From Chloroflexota bacterium (GTDB taxonomy: Bacteria > Chloroflexota > Limnocylindria > QHBO01), in NCBI GenBank assembly GCA_025937875.1, contig JAICQM010000003.1:1-41259 (forward strand): 41,259 nt of DNA. The letters run 5' to 3'. Within the stretch, counting starts at the first letter, position 1. Each line of letters starts with the position of its first letter. Under the pieces are notes generated by a model. The model worked only from the letters and a program-made list of their open reading frames with translations. It made no database searches and was not told the origin of the DNA. The position numbers were made by a program, and so were the translations under genes. Shown here piece by piece: positions 35,369 through 41,259 of this stretch.

Positions 35369-36655
35369 ATGACGATGGGAGTCGGGACCGGCGCGTGGCG
35401 GCGGTCGCCGGCCATCGTGGCGGTCCTGGCCGCGAACGCGATCTCGGGTGCCGGCAACGTCCTGACCAGCGTGGCGATGCCGTGGCTCATCATCGAGCGC
35501 GGTGGGGCCGGCGCGGAGATCGGCCTCATCGGTTTCGCCACGCTCCTGCCGCTGCTGTTCGGGGCCTTGGTGGCGGGGATCATCGTCGACCGCATCGGCG
35601 GGCGCGCCGCCAGCGTAGTGAGCGACCTGGCCTCGGGCGGCACGATCGCGGCCATCGGGCTTCTGGCCCTCGCCGGCTGGCTGCCGCTCTGGCTGCTCGC
35701 CGCGCTGGCGTTCCTGGGCACGGTGCTCGACATGCCGGGCGCCACCGGGCGCAGCGTGCTGCTGCCCGCGCTCGCCGAGCGTGACGGGGTGGACCTGGCC
35801 GCGGTCAACGGCATGAGCGAGACGGTCCGGCGCCTCACGATCCTGGCCGGACCGTTGCTCAGCGGCGTGCTCGTGGTCGCCGTCGGCCCCGAGCTCACGA
35901 TGCTGGTCGACGCGGTGACCTTCGCCGTCTCGACGGTCCTGGTCGCGATCTGGGTGCCGCGGATGGCCGTGGCCCACGAGGCGCGCCAGGCGTGGCGCCT
36001 GCGGGACGCGGTGGCGCTCCTGTGGCGCGACCGGCTGATCAGATCGCTGATGGCGGTGAGCGGCACCGTCAACGTGCTCCTCAACCCGATCTTCTTCGTG
36101 CTGCTGCCGCTCTACGTGGTCGCCACCGGGGGCGTCGCCGCCGACCAGGGGCTGCTGGTGGCGGCCTTCGGCGTCGGTACGCTGACCGGGGCACTGGGTT
36201 CGGCGCGCCTGGTGCGCCGGTTCGGCCGGCGCCCGGTGCTCACCGTCGGCGTGGCGGTGGCCGGCCTGTCGCCGTTCCTGCTGGCGGCGGCGCCGTCGCT
36301 GCCGGTGGCGGCGGTCGCGCAGGTACTGAGCGGCCTGGGGATCGGTCCGGTCGGCCCCATCGTGCTCACTGTGCTCGGCACCCGGGTCAAGCCGGAGGTC
36401 CGCGGGCGCGTGTTCGGCGCCCACACCACGATCGTCAACGCGGCCATCCCCATCGGCGTCGTCGTCACCGGCTTCGTTGCCGAGCTGGTCGACGTGCGCC
36501 TGATCCTGGTGGGGATCAGCACGCTGTTCGCGGCCACGGTGCTGCCGCTCCTCCTCCAGCCCGCGCTGGCCGGCCTCGACGCGGGCGGCTCAGCCGGGAG
36601 CGCGGGTGAGGAGCACGTGGCGGAGGGACCGGCGCCGCGAGCGCAGCAGTCGTGA
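35369..36655 (+). CDS. MFS transporter (DHA3/Tap-like)
   Basis: 12 TM, GIIVDRIGGR motif A, RGRVFG; TAGCAT 6 nt before ATG. Confidence 0.88.
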   Translation: MTMGVGTGAWRRSPAIVAVLAANAISGAGNVLTSVAMPWLIIERGGAGAEIGLIGFATLLPLLFGALVAGIIVDRIGGRAASVVSDLASGGTIAAIGLLALAGWLPLWLLAALAFLGTVLDMPGATGRSVLLPALAERDGVDLAAVNGMSETVRRLTILAGPLLSGVLVVAVGPELTMLVDAVTFAVSTVLVAIWVPRMAVAHEARQAWRLRDAVALLWRDRLIRSLMAVSGTVNVLLNPIFFVLLPLYVVATGGVAADQGLLVAAFGVGTLTGALGSARLVRRFGRRPVLTVGVAVAGLSPFLLAAAPSLPVAAVAQVLSGLGIGPVGPIVLTVLGTRVKPEVRGRVFGAHTTIVNAAIPIGVVVTGFVAELVDVRLILVGISTLFAATVLPLLLQPALAGLDAGGSAGSAGEEHVAEGPAPRAQQS

Positions 36656-37198
36656 CAGGCTGACGCCCACGATCCGCGCCCCGCACACGGTGCACACGTG
36701 CCAGCGCCCGTCGCGCCCGAGGCGCACCGTGTGCTCAGGCACGAGGACACGCGCCGGGGATTGCGGACGCCGCCCGGCCCGACGTTCACGCCACGCCGCC
36801 TCGGCACCGGGCACCGCCAGCGCTCGGGCATGACCGATGGCGCTCGGGTAGCGCGACGCCTCGCGGGCCAGCGCGGCGGCACCTCCCTCGGCGTGGCGAG
36901 CGTACAGCTCGAAGGCGACGGCGTAGAAGCGCCGGTCGTGATGCCGGACGCGGCCGCGCCGGGTCGCTGGCGGCGTCAGCCAGTGCGCGAGCTCGTGGAG
37001 CAGGGTCTGGCGCGCATCGCTCTCGTCCCGGCCCGCGTTGACGCCGATGAACCGCGTGCGGTGGCGGGTCACGCCCGAAGCGCGCTCGCGGTCGCGCCGC
37101 GTCCAGCGCAGCCGCGCCGGCGGTGCGACGCCGGCCTCCCCGCACACGAGCGCCACCAGGTCGAGCGCCCAGGCCGGCGTTGCGGCCGAGACGATCAC
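36590..37198 (-). CDS. SprT-like HExxH zinc metalloprotein with C-terminal CxxC
   Basis: TLLHELAHWL..RHHDRRF; WHVCTVCG; GTGA overlap with MMPL stop. Confidence 0.65.
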   Translation of the reverse strand: MIVSAATPAWALDLVALVCGEAGVAPPARLRWTRRDRERASGVTRHRTRFIGVNAGRDESDARQTLLHELAHWLTPPATRRGRVRHHDRRFYAVAFELYARHAEGGAAALAREASRYPSAIGHARALAVPGAEAAWRERRAGRRPQSPARVLVPEHTVRLGRDGRWHVCTVCGARIVGVSLSRLLRSRRRSLRHVLLTRAPG

Positions 37199-39732
37199 GC
37201 TGCCTCGGGCGCCGGATCCGGACGTGGCCCGCCGGTCGTGACGTCGCCCTCGTAGAGCCCCACCCGGGCCACCAGGCGCTGCACCCAGCGCGGCGCCCAC
37301 CAGTTGGCGCGGCCCATGACGCGCATGAACGCCGGCACCAGGATCCCGCGCACCACCGTGGCGTCGATGAGGACGGCCAGCGCCATGCTGAAGCCGAGGG
37401 ACTTGATCAGTGAGACCGACGAGAGGGCGAACGCCCCGAAGACGGCGACCATGATGAGCGCCGCGCCGGTGATGATGCCGCCGGTGATCCCGATGCCCTC
37501 CGCCACGGCGCGGGTGTTATCGCCGGTGATGAGGTACCGCTCGCGGATGCGCGACAGCAGGAAGACCTCATAGTCCATCGACAGGCCGAACAGGATCGCG
37601 AACATGAGGATCGGGGTCGAGGCGATGACCGTCCCCGACGCGTCGAAGCCGAGCAGGCCGGACAGGTTGCCGTCCTGGAAGATCCACACCAGCGCACCGA
37701 AGCTGGCCGTGATGCTCAGCAGGCTCATCAGCACCGCCTTGAGCGGCAGGAGGATCGACCCGAAGGTCAGGAACAGGACGGCGCCGGTGACGCCGACCAC
37801 GATCGCGATCGCATACGGGACCGAGTGCCCGAAGCTCGCCATGAAGTCACGCGAGCGGGCCGACAGTCCGGCGGTCAGCACCTCGGTGCCGGCCGGTGCC
37901 GCAACCGCCCGGACGTCGTCGACGAGGTCGCGGCCCTCGGCGGAATCGGGAAGGCGGGGGCTGAAGACGTCCACCCGCGTCACGTCGGCGGCCACCGAGC
38001 GCTCGAGCCAGGCACCGATGCCTGCCGCCTCGGCCGGTCGCTGTGCATCCGGCAGCGCGATAAGCTGGCGATAGGCGTCCTCCGCCATCCCGGCCGGAGG
38101 ATCGAGCAGGCTGGCGACGTCGCTCACGCCGTCGAGCGCCGCCAGGTCGCTGACGTACGCTTCGAGCGATTCGATGAACGCCGGGTCGACGGCGCCATCG
38201 TCGAGCACGGCGTCCTCGGTGCGCACCGCGACCTGGATCGGGTCGCTGTCGCCGGCCGGGAACTCGTCGGCGAGGACCCGGAAACCGGTCACGCTGGCCG
38301 ACGGCGGCAGGTCGTCGAGGTTGCCACCGGTCGAGAGCTGGATGCCGAAGAAGGGCAGGCCGGCAAGCACCAGCACCAGCAGCACGGGGGTCGCGACGAG
38401 CAACGGCCGCTGCATCACGCGGCGCGCGATGCGGCTCCAGACGCCGTGGCCGTGGCGTGCGTCGGCCGCCGCGGGGTCGTCCTCGATGAGCCGCAGCGCG
38501 CGCGGCATCGGCACCCGGAGGCGATTGACACGCGGGCCGAGCATGCCGAGCAGGGCCGGCAGGACCGTGAGCCCGAAGACGAGCGTCGATATCACGGTCG
38601 TGATCCCGCCCAGGCCCATGCTGCGCAGCGCGGGCGACTCGAACACGGTGAGGCTGGCCAGGCCGATGGCGACCGCGATCCCGCTGATCGCCACTGCCTT
38701 GCCCACCGTTGCCATCGTGTGCTCGACCGCGTCCTGGACCGACCGATGACGGAGCTCCTCACGGAAGCGGCTCACCATGAACAGCGAGTAGTCGATCGAC
38801 AGCGCCAAACCGATCATGGTCGTCACATTGGTGACGAAAATGCTCATCTCGGTGATGTTGGCCAGCAGCCCGATGACGGCGATCGAGGTCGGCAGCGCGA
38901 GCGCGGCGATGACGATGGGCAGGACGGCGCCGACCACCGTTCCGAAGACGGCCAGGAGGATCAGCATCGCGATCGGCAGGCTGATGAGCTCGGCCTGTAC
39001 CAGGTCGCGCTCGACGGCCTCGTTGAACTCGTGCTGGATGACCGGGATGCCGGTGACGATGGTCTCGACGCCCTCGGGCTCCCGGACGAGACTCGCAAGG
39101 TGCTCGACGTCGTCGACCGCATCCTCCATCTCCTGCGTCAGGCGCACGATGGCGAAGGTGCGGCTCCCGTCGCGGCTCACGAAGGACGGGTCCCCGACGT
39201 CGGCGTAGGTGAGGACCTCATCGACGATCGGCTCACCGGCGAGCGGCGCCACCGCATCGTCGACGGTGGCCTGGAAGTCCTCCGAGGCGGCATCGCCGTC
39301 GGGGTCGGTGAGGATGACGATCATGGTCGAGGCCTGCTCGCCGAAGCGATCCGCCAGCAGCGCCTCGCCCTCGGCGGCCTCGGACCCGGCGATCTGCCAG
39401 CCGCCCTGGCTCAGGCGCCCGGCGGCCGTGAACGACCAGGCATTGAGGCCGATGACCAGCAGCACGCCGAGCGCCGGCAGCCAGCGTCGCCAACGGTAGG
39501 TCGCGCGGCCCAGCGCGGCGAAGATCCCGTTGTGCGCGATGCGGTCGTGCGGTGGCTCGGGCCGTGGCGGTGTAGCGGCGCCGGCCCCCGGTACGACACC
39601 CGGCGGCACGAACGGTGGCGCCGGCGGGTCCACCGGCTCGCGGCCGATGCTGCGCCAGATGGCGAGCGCGGCGACGCCTGCCGACGCGAGGCCTGCGGCG
39701 GCGATGCCAATCGCCAGCAGCTTGGTGCGCAT
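37195..39732 (-). CDS. MMPL family (RND) transporter
   Basis: IGLALSIDYSLFMVSRFREE and FGLSMDYEVFLLSRIRE repeats; TGGIITGAA; LVPAFM. Confidence 0.93.
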   Translation of the reverse strand: MRTKLLAIGIAAAGLASAGVAALAIWRSIGREPVDPPAPPFVPPGVVPGAGAATPPRPEPPHDRIAHNGIFAALGRATYRWRRWLPALGVLLVIGLNAWSFTAAGRLSQGGWQIAGSEAAEGEALLADRFGEQASTMIVILTDPDGDAASEDFQATVDDAVAPLAGEPIVDEVLTYADVGDPSFVSRDGSRTFAIVRLTQEMEDAVDDVEHLASLVREPEGVETIVTGIPVIQHEFNEAVERDLVQAELISLPIAMLILLAVFGTVVGAVLPIVIAALALPTSIAVIGLLANITEMSIFVTNVTTMIGLALSIDYSLFMVSRFREELRHRSVQDAVEHTMATVGKAVAISGIAVAIGLASLTVFESPALRSMGLGGITTVISTLVFGLTVLPALLGMLGPRVNRLRVPMPRALRLIEDDPAAADARHGHGVWSRIARRVMQRPLLVATPVLLVLVLAGLPFFGIQLSTGGNLDDLPPSASVTGFRVLADEFPAGDSDPIQVAVRTEDAVLDDGAVDPAFIESLEAYVSDLAALDGVSDVASLLDPPAGMAEDAYRQLIALPDAQRPAEAAGIGAWLERSVAADVTRVDVFSPRLPDSAEGRDLVDDVRAVAAPAGTEVLTAGLSARSRDFMASFGHSVPYAIAIVVGVTGAVLFLTFGSILLPLKAVLMSLLSITASFGALVWIFQDGNLSGLLGFDASGTVIASTPILMFAILFGLSMDYEVFLLSRIRERYLITGDNTRAVAEGIGITGGIITGAALIMVAVFGAFALSSVSLIKSLGFSMALAVLIDATVVRGILVPAFMRVMGRANWWAPRWVQRLVARVGLYEGDVTTGGPRPDPAPEAA

Positions 39733-39822
39733 GAACGCGGATCTCCGGTGCTCGGGTGGGGCGGGCCGATCGAAGGGTAGCGCGTCGTGTCGCGTGGCGC
39801 AGCGGCCCCGTAGGATGGACCA

Positions 39823-40758
39823 ATGAAGATCGGTCTCATGCTCCCCATCGGCCAGGAGGAGTTGCTCCGCGAGCCCGGCTCATGGCGCCTGTTCCGCGAC
39901 ATGGCCATCGCCGCCGAGGAGGGTGGGCTCGACTCGGTGTGGTGCGCCGACCACGTGCTGTTCCGATCCCCGGACGAGGAGGGGACCAGGGGCATCCACG
40001 AGGCGTGGACGATCCTGTCGGCGGTGGCGGCGGTGACGGGCCGGGTCGAGATCGGTCCGCTGGTCCTGTGCGCGCCATTTCGCAACCCGGCGCTCACCGC
40101 CAAGATGGCCACCACCCTGGACGAGGTCAGCGCTGGCCGGTTCACGCTGGGCCTCGGCTGCGGCTGGCACGAGCCGGAGTTCGACGCCTTCGGCTACCCG
40201 TTCGATCATCGCGTCAGCCGCTTCGCCGAGGCGCTCGAGATCATCGTCCCGCTGGTGCGCACCGGTTCGGTGACGTTCGAGGGCCGATACCACCGCGCGG
40301 TCGATGCGGAGATCATCCCGCGCGGACCTCGCCCTGCCGGGCCGCCGATCCTCATCGCCGGCAAGCAGCCGCGCATGCTCGATCTCGTGGCTCGCCACGC
40401 CGACCAGTGGAACGCGGCCTGGTACGGCCATCCCGACGAGGCGCACGAGCTGCGCGCCCGTCTCGAGCGTCTCGACGCCGCCCTCGAGCGCACCGGCCGC
40501 GATCCCGCTACGCTCGAGAAGAGCGCCGGCATCTTCGTCGCCGTGTCCGACGCGGACGATGACCGCCCGGACACCGCCATCCGCGGCACGACCGCGGAGG
40601 TGGCTCGCGCCCTGGCGGGCTACGAGGCGCTCGGCATCAGCCACCTCATCGTCCACCTCTGGCCACGCTCGGTAGAGGCCGTGAGGCGCCTCGCCGAAGC
40701 GGCCCACGCCGCGCGCGCGATGCCCGGCGTGGTGGCGGAGAAGCCCGGGCTCTCCTGA
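39823..40758 (+). CDS. LLM-class flavin-dependent oxidoreductase
   Basis: DSVWCADH, EAWTILSAVAAVT, RNPALTAKMATTLD, GLGCGW..EF; TAGGAT 6 nt before ATG. Confidence 0.9.
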   Translation: MKIGLMLPIGQEELLREPGSWRLFRDMAIAAEEGGLDSVWCADHVLFRSPDEEGTRGIHEAWTILSAVAAVTGRVEIGPLVLCAPFRNPALTAKMATTLDEVSAGRFTLGLGCGWHEPEFDAFGYPFDHRVSRFAEALEIIVPLVRTGSVTFEGRYHRAVDAEIIPRGPRPAGPPILIAGKQPRMLDLVARHADQWNAAWYGHPDEAHELRARLERLDAALERTGRDPATLEKSAGIFVAVSDADDDRPDTAIRGTTAEVARALAGYEALGISHLIVHLWPRSVEAVRRLAEAAHAARAMPGVVAEKPGLS

Positions 40759-40779
40759 TCGGGCGACGTTGCCGCCCCA

Positions 40780-40916
40780 GCAATTAACGGTCAAGTTGGT
40801 GCCGCCGGCCGCCTGATCGTGGCCGAATGTTGCACGAGGAAGCACGATTCGGCCACGTTGGAGCCGCTTGCGCGCGTTGTCGGGCACGCAGCGGGTCCAA
40901 GTTGACCGTTGCTTGC
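40780..40916. repeat. Long nested inverted repeat
   Basis: GCAATTAACGGTCAAGTTGG / CCAAGTTGACCGTTGCTTGC outer arms (17 of 20 match); CGTGGCCGAAT / ATTCGGCCACG inner 11-bp perfect arms. Confidence 0.75.
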
Positions 40917-40989
40917 ACCCGCCACAAACGCAACACCAACGCGGACGCGGGCACGGAACACGCGGAACGCGCATCGGTATGATCCGCGG

Positions 40990-41259
40990 GTGACCGCCCT
41001 CGCCCCGACCCGACCGGCACGCGGGCTCGGCAGCCTGACCCGCTCCGGCAGCGCGGTCGACGGCGCGGCGTGGGCGCTCTACGACTTCGCGAACACGATC
41101 TTCAGCTTCGCCATCGTCAGCTTCGCGATGGGACCGTGGGTCACGAGCTTCATGGGCGAGACGGCCGGCACGTTCGCCTTCGTCACGGCCAGCAGCCTCT
41201 CGGTGCTGCTCAACGCGCTCGTCTCGCCGGTCCTCGGTGCGCTGAGCGACCGCACCGGC
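40990..41259 (+). CDS. MFS transporter (UMF1/Atg22-like), 3' truncated
   Basis: AWALYDFANTIFSFAIVS..SPVLGALSDRTG; TATGAT 6 nt before GTG; absent from ORF track because it has no stop in the window. Confidence 0.85.
   Translation, partial: MTALAPTRPARGLGSLTRSGSAVDGAAWALYDFANTIFSFAIVSFAMGPWVTSFMGETAGTFAFVTASSLSVLLNALVSPVLGALSDRTG

Noticed and set aside
40780-40916. Integron attC site
   Set aside because: AAC/GTT pair is present but flanks do not fit RYYYAAC/GTTRRRY, there is no unpaired spacer and no cassette array
40949-40964. sigma54-like GGGCACGGAACACGCG
   Set aside because: Poor -12 half; the downstream gene has a clear TATGAT leaderless promoter
1-41259. Many long alternative-frame ORFs (e.g. 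18960-20876, 30499-32175, 32601-35372, 37825-39780)
   Set aside because: Antisense or shifted shadows of well-supported genes; Arg/Pro/Gly-rich with no motifs, as expected in high-GC DNA
1-41259. CRISPR array, IS elements, rRNA, selenoprotein read-through
   Set aside because: No regularly spaced repeats, transposase motifs, rRNA signatures or in-frame TGA at redox motifs were seen

Overview
High-GC bacterial chromosomal window with about 45 densely packed genes. Gene content and promoter style suggest Chloroflexota or Actinomycetota; this is inference only. From left to right: (1) a likely low-oxygen module (ackA 3' end, membrane protein, acyl-CoA transferase, CBS protein, SDR) preceded by DosR/OsdR-like palindromes at a fixed 23-nt spacing from -10-like hexamers; (2) a hemerythrin/DUF2249/Cys-HTH regulator/DUF59/membrane protein/Grx-redoxin fusion/DUF488 redox or nitrosative-stress cluster; (3) ABC exporters, a Tat-lipoprotein amidohydrolase, a LuxR-VOC fusion, GlgM-like glycosyltransferase and an esterase; (4) an ArsA/Get3-type ATPase with a small coupled partner, a structured intergenic region and tRNA-Gly(TCC); (5) a four-gene methyltransferase/FAD oxidoreductase/SRPBCC/ketosynthase operon with no ACP or CLF; (6) small stress-type genes, receivers and a PAS-GAF kinase, several behind sigma54-like GG-N10-GC elements; (7) an ArsR-type regulator with orphan oppA, DUF5659-like protein, PAS-GGDEF-EAL, MFS, HExxH protein, MMPL, LLM oxidoreductase, a long intergenic inverted repeat and a partial MFS. 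Many genes appear leaderless. No integrase, transposase, CRISPR array or rRNA was seen. Family assignments are from motif recognition by eye, not database searches.
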